Positions 39,413 through 50,280 are shown, numbered from the stretch's first letter. The stretch is 64,000 nucleotides of DNA from Acidobacteriota bacterium (GCA_019244185.1 JAFATB010000002.1:32001-96000), one strand, 5' to 3'. The notes: a model not told the origin generated them from the sequence alone. Numbers and translations: made by a program.

Positions 39413-41485
39413 GTGCCGCTCGCGCCCGACACGCCGCTGCAGTTCGTCAAAGGCGTCGGCCAGGGTCGCGCCGCCGCGCTCGAAGCCGCCGGCCTCACCA
39501 CCGTTCGCGATCTCCTCTTCTTCTTCCCCTTCCGCTACGAAGACCGTCGCCATCCGACGCGCATCGCCGACCTCGGGCGTCGCATCGACACGCCCGTGCT
39601 CCTGCGTGGCCGCGTCACGTCGGCGCACGCGGGCGTCACGCGTTTCAAGCGGATGCGCATCTTCGAGGCGGTGCTCGACGACGGCACGGGCTCGGTCAAG
39701 CTGATCTGGTTCAATCAGGCGTATCTCGCCGAGCAGATCCAGCGCGGCGACCGCCTCTCGGTGTACGGCGCGCCGCGTTCGAGCGGCTATCGCGCGCTTT
39801 CGATCGAAAGTCCTGACTGGGAAAAGTTCGAAGGCGACGAGGACGATGAAGGCGCGATCGTCCCGATCTACTCCAAAGTCGGTAATCTGCAGCCGAAGTT
39901 CGTCCGGCGCCTCGTCGCGACCGCACTTGAAGCGTTACCTCAGCTTTCCGATCCGCTATCGGACGACCTGCGCGCGCGGCTCGGCGTCACGGATCTCCCT
40001 ACGGCCATCCGCGCGCTCCATCAGCCGCCGGAGCTCGACGACGCATTTCTGCGCCAGCGCTCGCCGGCGCACCTGCGCGTCATCCTGCAGGAGTTCTTCA
40101 CGCTGCAGCTCGCGTTGCGCGTGCGCCGCGTCGCGGAAGAAGTGGCGAAGAAGTCGCGGACGATCCGCGTCGACGACGAGCTGCGCGAGGAGGTACGGCG
40201 CATCCTGCCGTTCCAGCTCACGGGTGCACAGAAACGTGTGCTACGTGAGATCGCCGACGATTTGCAGAGCGACCGTCCGATGTACCGCCTGCTGCAGGGC
40301 GACGTCGGCAGCGGCAAGACCATCGTCGCGCTCATCGCCGCGGTGCTGATGATCCGCAACGGCCATCAGGTGGCGCTGCTGGCGCCGACCGAGATCCTCG
40401 TCGAGCAGCACTACCAGCGCATTCGTCAACTACTTGACCAAAGTGGAATCGTGCTCGCGCGCGCGACCGGCTCGATGGTCGCCGGCGAGCGGCGTACGCT
40501 GCTCGCCGGTCTGCGCACCGGCTACATCCAGCTGGTCGTCGGCACGCACGCGCTGCTCGAGGAGCGCGTCACGTTCCAGTCCCTCGGCCTGGCCATCGTC
40601 GACGAGCAGCATCGCTTCGGCGTCGAGCAGCGGCAGAAACTCTTCGCGAAGGGCGAGCTGCCGGACATCCTTGTGATGACCGCGACGCCGATCCCGCGGT
40701 CGCTCGCGCTGGCCATCTACGGCGACCTCGAGCTCTCCGTGATCGACGAGCTTCCGCCGGGACGCCAGCGCATCAAGACCGTCGTGCGTGCGTCGCACGA
40801 GGTCGAGCGCGTGTACGACTTCATCGACTCCGAGATCGACGCCGGCGCGCAGACGTACATCGTCTATCCGATCATCGAGGAGTCGGAGAAGACGAACCTC
40901 AAGCCGCTGTCGCAGGGCTTCGCGTCGATGCAGCAGCGCTTTCCGAACCGCCGCGTGGCGATGCTGCACGGGCGCATGAAGAGCGACGAGAAGGACGCGG
41001 TCATGCAGCGCTTCAAGCGCGGCGAGATCGATATCCTCGTCGCAACGACCGTCATCGAAGTCGGCATCGACGTCCCGAACGCGTCGATGATGCTCATCGT
41101 CGACGCCGACCGCTTCGGCCTCTCGCAGCTGCATCAGTTGCGCGGCCGCGTCGGACGTGGCGAGCGAAAGTCGTACTGTGTGCTCGTGCACGACGACACG
41201 ATCGCCGGCGAGGCGCGCGACCGTCTGCTCGCGTTCGAGCGTTCTCGAGATGGCTTCGACGTCGCCGAGCAGGACCTTCAGATCCGCGGCCCCGGCGAGT
41301 TCCTCGGCACGCGTCAATCCGGCGCGATGCGCTTCCGCTTCGGCAACATCGTCCGCGACTACGACCTCATGGAAAAGGCGCGCGACCTCGCCATCGCCGT
41401 GACCGCCGAGAGTCTGCCCCGTGCCGAAGAGACCGCGCGCGCACTCCTCGGCATGCCCGTGCCCGAGGCGACGGAACGCGACTGA
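39413..41485 (+). CDS. recG: ATP-dependent DNA helicase RecG
   Basis: LQGDVGSGKT, DEQHRFG, MTATPIPRSL, FGLSQLHQLRGRVGRG, RGPGEFLGTRQSG. Confidence 0.97.
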   Translation: MPLAPDTPLQFVKGVGQGRAAALEAAGLTTVRDLLFFFPFRYEDRRHPTRIADLGRRIDTPVLLRGRVTSAHAGVTRFKRMRIFEAVLDDGTGSVKLIWFNQAYLAEQIQRGDRLSVYGAPRSSGYRALSIESPDWEKFEGDEDDEGAIVPIYSKVGNLQPKFVRRLVATALEALPQLSDPLSDDLRARLGVTDLPTAIRALHQPPELDDAFLRQRSPAHLRVILQEFFTLQLALRVRRVAEEVAKKSRTIRVDDELREEVRRILPFQLTGAQKRVLREIADDLQSDRPMYRLLQGDVGSGKTIVALIAAVLMIRNGHQVALLAPTEILVEQHYQRIRQLLDQSGIVLARATGSMVAGERRTLLAGLRTGYIQLVVGTHALLEERVTFQSLGLAIVDEQHRFGVEQRQKLFAKGELPDILVMTATPIPRSLALAIYGDLELSVIDELPPGRQRIKTVVRASHEVERVYDFIDSEIDAGAQTYIVYPIIEESEKTNLKPLSQGFASMQQRFPNRRVAMLHGRMKSDEKDAVMQRFKRGEIDILVATTVIEVGIDVPNASMMLIVDADRFGLSQLHQLRGRVGRGERKSYCVLVHDDTIAGEARDRLLAFERSRDGFDVAEQDLQIRGPGEFLGTRQSGAMRFRFGNIVRDYDLMEKARDLAIAVTAESLPRAEETARALLGMPVPEATERD

Positions 41486-41505
41486 CAGCCCTGCGGTTAA
41501 CCGCG

Positions 41506-43992
41506 TTAACTGGAGAGCGCCTCGTGCACCGTCTTCACCACCGTCATCGGATCGACCGGCTTCGGCAGGTGATAGTCGAAGCCGCCAGCGAGGATGCGGT
41601 CGCGGTCGGCGGGTGACGCGTACGCCGTGACGGCGATGGCGGGCAAGTGCTGCGACCCACGCTCTTCCGAACGGATGCGGAGCATGAGCGACATCCCGTC
41701 TTCGCCCGGCATGGCGATGTCGCTGACGACGACGTTCGGCTTCAGCGTCTCGAGCGACGCCACCGCCGCGGCGACGGAATCGACGGCTGTGACGCGCGCG
41801 CCGAAGCTCTGCAACGCCGCGCTGAGCATCAAGCGCGTATCGGTCTCGTCCTCGACGAGCAGCACCGAGACACCGTCGAGCTCGAGCGGCGAGCCGGCGA
41901 CTTCCACCGGCGCGGGTGAAGCCGCGCGCGCGGTCACCGGCAGCGTCAGCGTGAACGTCGCGCCGCATCCTTCGCCTTCGCTCTCCGCGATCACGCTGCC
42001 GCCGTGCAGCTCGACGATGCTCTTCACGATGGCGAGGCCGAGGCCGAGGCCGCCGTGCGCGCGCGAGCTGCCGCTGTCGGCTTGGCGGAAGCGCTCGAAG
42101 ATGTAGGGCAGGAACTTGCGCGGGATACCGTTGCCGGTGTCGCGCACGATGATTTGCACTTCGCCGCTTTCCGGCGCGTCGAGCCGCACCGCGACCGTGC
42201 CGCCGGACGGCGTGAACTTCACCGAATTCGAGAGCAGGTTCCACAGCACCTGCTGCAGCCGCGCGCCGTCCGCCACCGCGATGACCGGCGCCGTCGTGAG
42301 CGAGAGGTCGAGCTCGAGTTGTTTCGCGGCGAGACTCGGCCGCATCGCATCGATGGCCGCTTCGACGATCGCGCGCATGTCGACCGGTCCGACGTTGAGC
42401 TGCAGCTTGCCGGTGACGATGCGCGAGACGTCGAGGATGTCGTCGATGAGCTTCGCCTGCGCGCGCGTGCTGCGCTCGATCGTCTCGACCGCGAGCTGGA
42501 AATGCTCGGCCGCGAAATCGGTGCGCCGCAGCAGCGCGGCCCAGCCGAGCGTGGCCGTCATCGGCGTGCGGAGCTCGTGCGACAGCGTGACCAGGAACTC
42601 GTCCTTCGCGCGGTTCGCTTCCTGCGCCTGCCGGTACAAACGCGCGTTGTCGACGGCGTAGCCGGCGCGGCGACCGAGCTCGCAGGCGAGATCGAGATCG
42701 TCGTCATCGAAGCGGCGCTGCGGCTCGGAGGAGACGAGCGTGATCGCGCCGAGGCAGCGGCCGCCGGCGATGAGCGGTACGACCATGAACGACTCGGTGC
42801 CGAGCTCGCGCAGCGTGGCCACGACTTCCGGCCGGTCGGTGTACAGCGCCTCGGCGGCGGCGTAGTCGTATTCGCGAATGAGCCGCGGCTCGCGCGTGTC
42901 GATGACGTGGCGGATCAGACCCGAACGCTGCATCTGCGCGTCGTACGAGCGCATCTGCTCCATCGCCTCGCGCTTCGCCGGATCGTGGTGCAGGCCCGTA
43001 ACGCGCCGCACCTCGTTCTCGTCGATGACGTCGATCGTGCACCAGTCGGCGAGGTCCGGCACGACGAGCTGCGCGACGTGGCCGAGCGTGACCTCGTAGT
43101 CGAGCGACGACGACAGGATCGCGGAGACTTCGCTGAGGAACGCGTTGCGGCGCTCGGTCAGTTTCTGTTGCGTGATGTCGAGTGAGACGCCGCGCGTGAC
43201 CTCGAGGCCGTTCTCCAGTTTCTGCGCGAGCCGCACCTCGGACCACACGATGCGGCCGTCGCTGCGGCGCACGCGGTGATGGTGGATCTGCGGCTGCGCG
43301 GCGGAGACGAGGACGTCTTCCAGAAGAATGTCCGTCGTGAAATAAGGATTCGCGTACCACGCCGCCGGGCTGTAGCCGAGGAGCGATTCGATCTGCTCGC
43401 TGACGAAAGTGACGGTGTGGTCGCCTTCAGGTGGGCGCACCGACTCCCACACGACGCCGGGGATGTTTGCGACGAGCGTGTTCAGGCGATCGCGTTCGAG
43501 CGCGAGCGCGGCTTCCACGCGGACGCGCGCGACGCCGAATGCGATCTGTCCCGCGATCGTCTGCGCGAGCTCGATCTCGTTGTCGTCGCACGCGTGCGGC
43601 TCGGCGTAGTACAGCATGAACTTCCCGATGACGCCGCCGCGATACACCAGCGGAAAGAAGCCGAGCGCGCGAATCCCTTCAGATGCGAAGACGGGTTCGT
43701 AGCCGGCGAGCGAGGCGTCCGTCGTCACGTCCGCGACGCAGATCGGCCGCGCGTTTTCCGAACGCGGCGTCCACGGCGTGTGGCCGTTCACGGCGCGGCG
43801 GTAGTCGTCGGAGAGGCCACGCCACGCGACGAAGCTCATCACCTCGTGCTCGTCGAAGAGAAGCACGGACGCGCGCGCGACGGCGAGGGCTTCCTGCAGT
43901 GCGTCGAGCGCGGCGTCGTAGACTGCTTCCAGCGTCGTTGCACGGCTCAGGGCGTCGGTGAGATGTGCAACCGCGGAGAGACCGGTGGCCAT
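41506..43992 (-). CDS. Hybrid histidine kinase (GAF-PAS-GAF-HisKA-HATPase-REC)
   Basis: LSHELRTP, NLLSNSVKFT, GGLGLGL, receiver VSDIAMPGEDG...PKP; no TM segment. Confidence 0.92.
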   Translation of the reverse strand: MATGLSAVAHLTDALSRATTLEAVYDAALDALQEALAVARASVLLFDEHEVMSFVAWRGLSDDYRRAVNGHTPWTPRSENARPICVADVTTDASLAGYEPVFASEGIRALGFFPLVYRGGVIGKFMLYYAEPHACDDNEIELAQTIAGQIAFGVARVRVEAALALERDRLNTLVANIPGVVWESVRPPEGDHTVTFVSEQIESLLGYSPAAWYANPYFTTDILLEDVLVSAAQPQIHHHRVRRSDGRIVWSEVRLAQKLENGLEVTRGVSLDITQQKLTERRNAFLSEVSAILSSSLDYEVTLGHVAQLVVPDLADWCTIDVIDENEVRRVTGLHHDPAKREAMEQMRSYDAQMQRSGLIRHVIDTREPRLIREYDYAAAEALYTDRPEVVATLRELGTESFMVVPLIAGGRCLGAITLVSSEPQRRFDDDDLDLACELGRRAGYAVDNARLYRQAQEANRAKDEFLVTLSHELRTPMTATLGWAALLRRTDFAAEHFQLAVETIERSTRAQAKLIDDILDVSRIVTGKLQLNVGPVDMRAIVEAAIDAMRPSLAAKQLELDLSLTTAPVIAVADGARLQQVLWNLLSNSVKFTPSGGTVAVRLDAPESGEVQIIVRDTGNGIPRKFLPYIFERFRQADSGSSRAHGGLGLGLAIVKSIVELHGGSVIAESEGEGCGATFTLTLPVTARAASPAPVEVAGSPLELDGVSVLLVEDETDTRLMLSAALQSFGARVTAVDSVAAAVASLETLKPNVVVSDIAMPGEDGMSLMLRIRSEERGSQHLPAIAVTAYASPADRDRILAGGFDYHLPKPVDPMTVVKTVHEALSS

Positions 43993-44067
43993 GGGGACGT
44001 CGATTGTACGCCGCGCGACAACGTTGCTACACTGCGCCGTCCTAATCTGACCCGCCACGAGTCGCCT

Positions 44068-45075
44068 TTGAATTCATCCTCGCAAATCGTTCTCAGCGGC
44101 CTTCGCCCCACGGGGCGCGTCCACCTCGGCAACTACTTCGGCGCGGTGCGCAACTGGGTCGAACTGCAGGACCGCTATCGCTGCTACTACTTCGTCGCCG
44201 ACTGGCACGCGCTGACGTCCGATTACGCCGATCCGTCGAAAGTGCGGCAGGCGACGTTCGACGCCGTCGCCGACTATCTCGCCGCCGGTATGGATCCGGA
44301 GAAGGCGACGGTCTTCCTGCAGTCGGATGTGAAAGAGCACGCGGAGCTCCATCTGCTGCTCTCGATGGTCACGCCGCTGCCGTGGCTCGAGCGCGTGCCG
44401 ACGTTCAAGGATCAGCAGGCGCAGCTCGAGGACAAAGATCTCAACACCTACGGCTTCCTCGGATATCCGCTGCTGCAGACCGCCGACATCATTCTCTATC
44501 GCGCGGCGTACGTGCCGGTGGGTGAGGACCAGGCCTCGCATCTCGAGCTCTCGCGCGAGATCGTGCGGCGCTTCAACAACTTCTACGGTCCGGTCTTCCC
44601 CGAGCCGCAGCCGCTCTTCACCGCGACGCCGAAGGTGCCGGGGCTCGACGGGCGGAAGATGTCGAAGTCGTACGGCAACACCATCGGCCTCACCGCGAGC
44701 GCCGACGAGATCCGCGCGCTCGTCTCGACGATGTTCACCGATCCCAATCGCGTGCGCCGCAGCGATCCGGGCAATCCCGACATCTGCAACCTCTTCCAGT
44801 TCCACAAGCTCTTCTCGGACGACGCGACCATCGCGCGCGTCGATCACGAGTGCCGCACCGCGCAGATCGGCTGCGTGCAGGACAAGCGGCTGCTCGCCGA
44901 CATCATCATCGAGAAGCTGCGGCCGATCCGCGAGCGCCGCGAGGAGATCGACCGCAATCCGTCCATCGTGTGGGATACGCTGCGCGAAGGTGGGAAGCGG
45001 GCGCGCGAGCGCGCGGGCGAGACCATGGCCAGCGTGCGCGACGCGATGAAGATCGGATTCCCCGAGCTGCGATGA
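44068..45075 (+). CDS. trpS: Tryptophan--tRNA ligase
   Basis: SGLRPTGRVHLGNY, GYPLLQTADI, VPVGEDQ, KMSKS; TTG start inferred. Confidence 0.96.
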   Translation: MNSSSQIVLSGLRPTGRVHLGNYFGAVRNWVELQDRYRCYYFVADWHALTSDYADPSKVRQATFDAVADYLAAGMDPEKATVFLQSDVKEHAELHLLLSMVTPLPWLERVPTFKDQQAQLEDKDLNTYGFLGYPLLQTADIILYRAAYVPVGEDQASHLELSREIVRRFNNFYGPVFPEPQPLFTATPKVPGLDGRKMSKSYGNTIGLTASADEIRALVSTMFTDPNRVRRSDPGNPDICNLFQFHKLFSDDATIARVDHECRTAQIGCVQDKRLLADIIIEKLRPIRERREEIDRNPSIVWDTLREGGKRARERAGETMASVRDAMKIGFPELR

Positions 45076-45899
45076 GCGACGAAGAACGCCAGGAGAACGC
45101 CGCGGCGGCGGCCGCGCCGCCGTTCGACGACGAGCCGGAGGCGAGCGCGTATCAAATCACGCTGCCCGCGTTCCGCGGTCCGCTCGATCTCCTGCTGCAC
45201 CTCATCCGCAAGCACGAAGTCGACATCTACGACATCCCCATCGTCCTCATCACCAATCAGTACAACGCGTACCTCGACGCGATGACCGAGCTCGATCTCG
45301 ACATCGCCGCCGACTACATCTACATGGCCTCGCTGCTCATCAACATCAAGTCGCGCATGCTGCTGCCGCGCGACGAGACGGCGGACGAGCAGGGCGAGGA
45401 TCCGCGCAAGGAGCTCGTCGACCGCCTGGTCGAATACCAGCGTTTCAAGGCTGTCGCGGAGACGTTCGCGGAGCTCGACGTCGTGCGCATGGGCGTGTGG
45501 CCGCGGCCGCGCGTGCCGTTGCCCGGCGCGAACGAGCCGACGGAGCTCGATATGAGCGAGGTCGGCCTGTTCGATCTCATCGACGCGTTCCGCGGCGCGC
45601 TCGTGCGCTACCGCCAGAACCATCCGCAGTCGATCGAGCTGCAGCGTATCGTGCACAAGGTCTCGGAAAAGATGACCGAGCTGTACGTGAAGGTTCGCGA
45701 GAAGTCGCCGCTGCGCCTGCAGTGGTTTCTCGAAGGACGCGACCGCAACGAGCTGATCGCCGTCTTTCTGGCCACGCTCGAGCTCGTGCGCCTCGGCGGC
45801 ATCTCGCTGCGCCAGAGCGACACCTTCGGTGAGATTCTCGTCGCGGCGACGGAGACCGAGATCGACGCTGCGACGTTTGCGTTGTTCGACAACAGTTAG
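45072..45899 (+). CDS. scpA: Segregation and condensation protein A
   Basis: FRGPLDLLLHLI, IKSRMLLP, FLATLELVR. Confidence 0.93.
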   Translation: MSDEERQENAAAAAAPPFDDEPEASAYQITLPAFRGPLDLLLHLIRKHEVDIYDIPIVLITNQYNAYLDAMTELDLDIAADYIYMASLLINIKSRMLLPRDETADEQGEDPRKELVDRLVEYQRFKAVAETFAELDVVRMGVWPRPRVPLPGANEPTELDMSEVGLFDLIDAFRGALVRYRQNHPQSIELQRIVHKVSEKMTELYVKVREKSPLRLQWFLEGRDRNELIAVFLATLELVRLGGISLRQSDTFGEILVAATETEIDAATFALFDNS

Positions 45900-46726
45900 T
45901 GAACGGAAATTTACGAATGCCGATGGAACCCAGTGAGCTTCGCGCGGCCCTCGAGGCCATCCTCTTCGTCAGCAGCGATCCGGTGAAGGTCGACGACCTC
46001 GCCGAGTCGTTCGCGGATGAAGGGAAGGACGCCATCGCCGCGCAGCTCGACGAGATCCGCCGCGCGCTCGAGGAGCACGCCGGCGGCTTCATGCTCGAAC
46101 AGACCGCCGGCGGCTGGCGTCTGGCCACGCGCGCCGAGCACGACGTCGTGCTGCGCAAGTACTTCGCGAAGAAAGGCGAGAACCGGATGTCGATCGCCGC
46201 GCTGGAGACGCTGGCCATCGTCGCGTACCGGCAGCCGATCACCGCGCCGGAAGTCTCGGACATCCGCGGCGTCAACTCGACCGGCGTGCTGCGCACGCTG
46301 CTCGAGCGCCGCATGATCCGTGTCTCGGGACGCAAGAACGTCGTCGGCAGTCCGTTCCTCTATCGCACGACGAAAGAGTTCCTCGTGCACTTCGGCCTCA
46401 ACGACATCCGCGATCTGCCGGCGCTCGAGGAGTTCGGCGATCTGATCGGCGAGAACATCAACGACGATCTCGTCGCCGCGATCCACAACGCCGAGCTCGC
46501 GCCCGCGCCGGTTGAGGAAATGAGCGAAGAGGTCAGCGAAGAAGCGACGGAAGTCGCGGACGAGAATGCAGGCGAGGAGCATGCAGTCGTCGCGGAAGTG
46601 AGCGACGAATCGCGCGCGAACGGTGAGAACGAGTCGGGCAACGACGACAGCAACAGCGACAACACGAGCGTCGCACCCGAGGAAGTTCAGTTAGAATCGA
46701 GCGCCAGCGATCCAGTAGAAGAGTGA
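45899..46726 (+). CDS. scpB: Segregation and condensation protein B with acidic C-terminal tail
   Basis: LEAILF, ALETLAIVAYRQPIT, IRGVNS, TTKEFLVHFGL; start may be 45917 or 45923. Confidence 0.93.
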   Translation: MNGNLRMPMEPSELRAALEAILFVSSDPVKVDDLAESFADEGKDAIAAQLDEIRRALEEHAGGFMLEQTAGGWRLATRAEHDVVLRKYFAKKGENRMSIAALETLAIVAYRQPITAPEVSDIRGVNSTGVLRTLLERRMIRVSGRKNVVGSPFLYRTTKEFLVHFGLNDIRDLPALEEFGDLIGENINDDLVAAIHNAELAPAPVEEMSEEVSEEATEVADENAGEEHAVVAEVSDESRANGENESGNDDSNSDNTSVAPEEVQLESSASDPVEE

Positions 46727-47736
46727 TGGAACTCGAGCGACTGCAAAAGATCATCGCGCATGCCGGCTTCGCCTCGCGCAGGGAAGCGGAAACGATGATC
46801 CGGGAGGGGCGGGTCACGGTGAACGGCCGCGTCGTCACCGAGCTCGGAAGCCGCGCCGACGCCGCGCACGATCACATCAAAGTCGACGGGAAGCTCATCA
46901 CCCGCGCCGAGACGCATCGCTACATCCTGCTCTACAAGCCGCGCGAGGTGATGTCGACCGTCACCGATCCGGAAGGCCGCAAGACCGCGGTCGATCTCGT
47001 CAAAGGCGTCCGCGAGCGCATCTATCCGGTCGGACGTCTCGATTATCAATCCGAGGGCTTGCTGCTGCTGACGAATGACGGCGACCTCGCGTACAAGGTC
47101 TCGCATCCGAAGCACGGCAGCGTGAAGACCTATCACGTGAAAGTGCGCGGCGTGCCCGACGAGCGCATCATCGGCAAGCTCGAACGCGGCATCACCATCG
47201 AAGGCAAGCGCACCGTCCCGTGCGAGATCGCGCGGATGAAGACGACGGGACGCGGCGAGGACGAAGGCAACAGCTGGTACGAAGTGAAGCTGCGCGAAGG
47301 GCGCAACCAGCAGATCCGCAAGATGTTCAAAGCGGTCGGCCATCCCGTGTCGAAGCTGCGCCGCGTGGCCATCGGACCGATCGCCGATCCGAAGCTCGCC
47401 GCGGGCGACTGGCGCGAGCTCACGAAGTCCGAAGTGAAGATGCTCGCCACGATGCAGGAGATGCCGAAGCCGAAGCCGCGCCGCACGGCCGCGCATCCAT
47501 CGAAGAAGAAGACCACGGCGCCGGCGAAGCGCGGCGCGAGCCCGCGCGCGAAGACGCACGCCACCGCGCGACCCGCAGCCGGCGCATCGCGCGGCAAGAG
47601 CGCGAAGCCCGCGCACAAATCCGCCGCGCACAAGTCCGCGCAGCCCGCCGGTCGGATGCCCGTTCGCAAATCCAGCTCGCGAAAATCCGGCGGCGGACGC
47701 GGCACGGCCGCGCCGGCGCGTCGCGAGCGCGGATAG
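46726..47736 (+). CDS. rluB: 23S rRNA pseudouridine synthase (RluB/RsuA family) with basic C-terminal tail
   Basis: ERLQKIIA...SRREAE (S4 domain), VGRLDYQSEGLLLLTNDG, EGRNQQIRKM. Confidence 0.88.
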   Translation: MELERLQKIIAHAGFASRREAETMIREGRVTVNGRVVTELGSRADAAHDHIKVDGKLITRAETHRYILLYKPREVMSTVTDPEGRKTAVDLVKGVRERIYPVGRLDYQSEGLLLLTNDGDLAYKVSHPKHGSVKTYHVKVRGVPDERIIGKLERGITIEGKRTVPCEIARMKTTGRGEDEGNSWYEVKLREGRNQQIRKMFKAVGHPVSKLRRVAIGPIADPKLAAGDWRELTKSEVKMLATMQEMPKPKPRRTAAHPSKKKTTAPAKRGASPRAKTHATARPAAGASRGKSAKPAHKSAAHKSAQPAGRMPVRKSSSRKSGGGRGTAAPARRERG

Positions 47737-47742
47737 ACGCCG

Positions 47743-48432
47743 ATGGCGCCGCTCGACATGACGCCGCCGCTGATTGTCGCCATCGACGGCCCCTCCGGCG
47801 TCGGCAAAACCACCACCAGCAAGCGCGTCGCGCACGATCTGCAACTGCCGCACATCGACACCGGCGCGATGTACCGCGCCATCGGACTCGCCGCCGTGCG
47901 CCGCGGCATCAGCGTGCACGACGCGGACGCGCTCGAGCGCCTTACCGCGCAGACCACCATCGACTTCGTTCCCGGCGAGCCGCCGCACATCCTGCTCGAC
48001 GGCGAAGACGTCACGAGTCTCATCCGCACGCCGGAGATCAGCATGGCCGCGAGCCACGTCTCCGCCGTTCCCGCGGTGCGCCGCGCGCTCGTGCGCTTGC
48101 AGCAGGAACTCGGGCGCCGCAACGGCGGCGTGCTCGAAGGGCGCGACATCGGCACGAAAGTGTTTCCGGAGACGCCGCACAAATTCTTTCTGACGGCGCG
48201 TCCCGAAGTGCGCGCGCAGCGGCGCTACAAAGAGCTGATCGCGAAAAACCAGCCGGCCGATTACGACACTGTGCTCGCCGAGGCGGTGCAGCGCGACCGT
48301 CAGGACTCCACGCGGGCCGACTCGCCGCTCACCTTCGACGACAGTTATACGGTCATCGATACATCGGACCTCACAATGGACGAGGTGATCGCCCGCATTG
48401 TGGATCGTGTCCGTTGTTCCATCCTTCCTTGA
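47743..48432 (+). CDS. cmk: Cytidylate kinase
   Basis: AIDGPSGVGKTT, DTGAMYRA, EGRDIGT. Confidence 0.96.
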   Translation: MAPLDMTPPLIVAIDGPSGVGKTTTSKRVAHDLQLPHIDTGAMYRAIGLAAVRRGISVHDADALERLTAQTTIDFVPGEPPHILLDGEDVTSLIRTPEISMAASHVSAVPAVRRALVRLQQELGRRNGGVLEGRDIGTKVFPETPHKFFLTARPEVRAQRRYKELIAKNQPADYDTVLAEAVQRDRQDSTRADSPLTFDDSYTVIDTSDLTMDEVIARIVDRVRCSILP

Positions 48433-48457
48433 CGTACCTAAGTAGCGCCGCTAAACT
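48429..48457 (+). promoter_or_regulatory. Candidate sigma70 promoter for rpsA
   Basis: TTGACG (48429-34)-N17-TAAACT (48452-57). Confidence 0.6.
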
Positions 48458-48552
48458 GCCGGTTCTCGGCGTGTATCAACAACTTAGCTGCTTTTGGTCC
48501 GCGCCGCGCCCGGTCCTTGCGACCGAAGATTGCGTAGGGGGTTCCCCAGTAC

Positions 48553-50277
48553 ATGGCGTCCAATGACGATCCGAAGAAACCGAACCAGCCGCGTCAGGCG
48601 GACACCAACCTGGAGAACCTCGGAATGGACGAGCTGCTCAATCTCTATGAGCGGCCCACACTCTCCGAAGGCGGCATCATCCGCGGCCGTGTCATCAAGG
48701 TCACGCCGTCCGACGTCGTCGTCGACATCGGCTACAAATCCGAAGGCCTGCTGCCTGTAGGCGAGGTCACGGGCTACGACGGCCAGGTGCGCGTCAAGCG
48801 CGGCGACGAGATCGAGGTCTACATCGAGCGCCTCGAAGACGCGTCGGGCTACGTCGCACTGTCGCGCGAGAAAGCGGCGCGCATGCGCGTCTGGGACGAT
48901 ATCGAGGCCGCGTACAAAGCCGATCAACCGATCAACGGCCGCGTCATCGACCGCGTCAAAGGCGGACTGCAGGTCGACGTCGGCGGCGTGAAGGCGTTCC
49001 TCCCGGGCTCGCTCATCGACACGAAGCCGGTCAAGAACCTCGACGCCATGCGCGGCCACGAGATGAACTTCAAGATCGTCTCGTTCGACAAGAAGCGCAG
49101 CAACGTCGTGCTGTCGCGCCGCGCCATCGTCGAGGTCGAGCAGGCCGCGGCGAAGAACGCCACGTTCGGCCGCCTCAAGGAAGGCGAGCTGACGCACGGC
49201 GTGGTGAAGAACATCACCGACTACGGCGTCTTCGTCGACCTCGGCGGCGTCGACGGCCTGCTGCACATCACCGACATCTCCTGGGGCCGCGTCACGCATC
49301 CGTCCGAATACTTCAACGTCGGCGACGAGATCGAAGTGGTCGTGCTGAAATTCGATCCCTCCGCGGAACGCGTCTCCCTCGGCTACAAACAGAAGTCGCC
49401 CGATCCGTGGTCCGACGTCGCCGACCGCTATCCGCTCGGCAGCCGCGTCAAAGGCCGCGTGGTCTCGCTCACCGATTACGGCGCGTTCATCGAGCTCGAG
49501 GAAGGCGTCGAAGGTCTCATCCACGTCAGCGAGATGTCGTGGACGAAGAAGATCCGCCATCCGGCCAAGATGCTCAACATCGGCGACGAGGTCGAGGCGG
49601 TCGTCTCTGACGTCAACGTCCCGAATCGCCGCATCTCGCTCTCGCTGAAAGCGCTCGAGCAGAACCCGTGGGACACGATCTCGGAGCGCTATCCGGTCGG
49701 CACCGTGATCGAGGGCCGCGTCCGGAACCTCACCGACTTCGGCGCGTTCGTCGAAGTGGAAGAGGGGATCGACGGCCTGATTCACATCTCCGACATGGCC
49801 TGGCACCGCCGCCTCAAGCATCCGAGCGAGGTGCTGAAGAAGGGCGACGTCGTGAAGGCGCGCGTCATCAATGTTGACGGCGACAATCAACGTTTGTCTC
49901 TTTCCGTGCGCGAGTTCCTCCCGAACGAATGGGACAACTACGCGCGCGAGCACAACCTCGGCGACGAGGTCATCGGCGTGGTCTCGAAGATCACTGACTT
50001 CGGTCTCTTCATCCGCCTCGCCGACGGCGTGGAAGGTCTCGCGCACGTCTCCGAGGTGCAGCGCGACAGCCGGCAGAAACTCGATAAGACATTTCATCCC
50101 GGCGAGGTGATGCGCGCGCGCATCATCAAGATCGACTCGAACGAGCGGAAGATCGGCCTCACCACGCGCGACGTCGAGCCGCTCACCGACGAGGAGCGCG
50201 AGCACTACGCGGCCGAGGCCGGCGCACATCACGACCACGCCGCGGCGGAAGGTCCGATCGAAGATCCGCAGAGCTGA
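48553..50277 (+). CDS. rpsA: 30S ribosomal protein S1
   Basis: Six S1 repeats (VDIGYKSEG, AFLPGS, GLLHITD, GLIHVSE, GLIHISD, GLAHVSE). Confidence 0.97.
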   Translation: MASNDDPKKPNQPRQADTNLENLGMDELLNLYERPTLSEGGIIRGRVIKVTPSDVVVDIGYKSEGLLPVGEVTGYDGQVRVKRGDEIEVYIERLEDASGYVALSREKAARMRVWDDIEAAYKADQPINGRVIDRVKGGLQVDVGGVKAFLPGSLIDTKPVKNLDAMRGHEMNFKIVSFDKKRSNVVLSRRAIVEVEQAAAKNATFGRLKEGELTHGVVKNITDYGVFVDLGGVDGLLHITDISWGRVTHPSEYFNVGDEIEVVVLKFDPSAERVSLGYKQKSPDPWSDVADRYPLGSRVKGRVVSLTDYGAFIELEEGVEGLIHVSEMSWTKKIRHPAKMLNIGDEVEAVVSDVNVPNRRISLSLKALEQNPWDTISERYPVGTVIEGRVRNLTDFGAFVEVEEGIDGLIHISDMAWHRRLKHPSEVLKKGDVVKARVINVDGDNQRLSLSVREFLPNEWDNYAREHNLGDEVIGVVSKITDFGLFIRLADGVEGLAHVSEVQRDSRQKLDKTFHPGEVMRARIIKIDSNERKIGLTTRDVEPLTDEEREHYAAEAGAHHDHAAAEGPIEDPQS

Positions 50278-50280
50278 CGC

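Noticed and set aside
41493-41504. Palindrome GCGGTTAACCGC between convergent recG and the hybrid kinase
   Set aside because: Too short and lacks a U tract; cannot be supported as a terminator.
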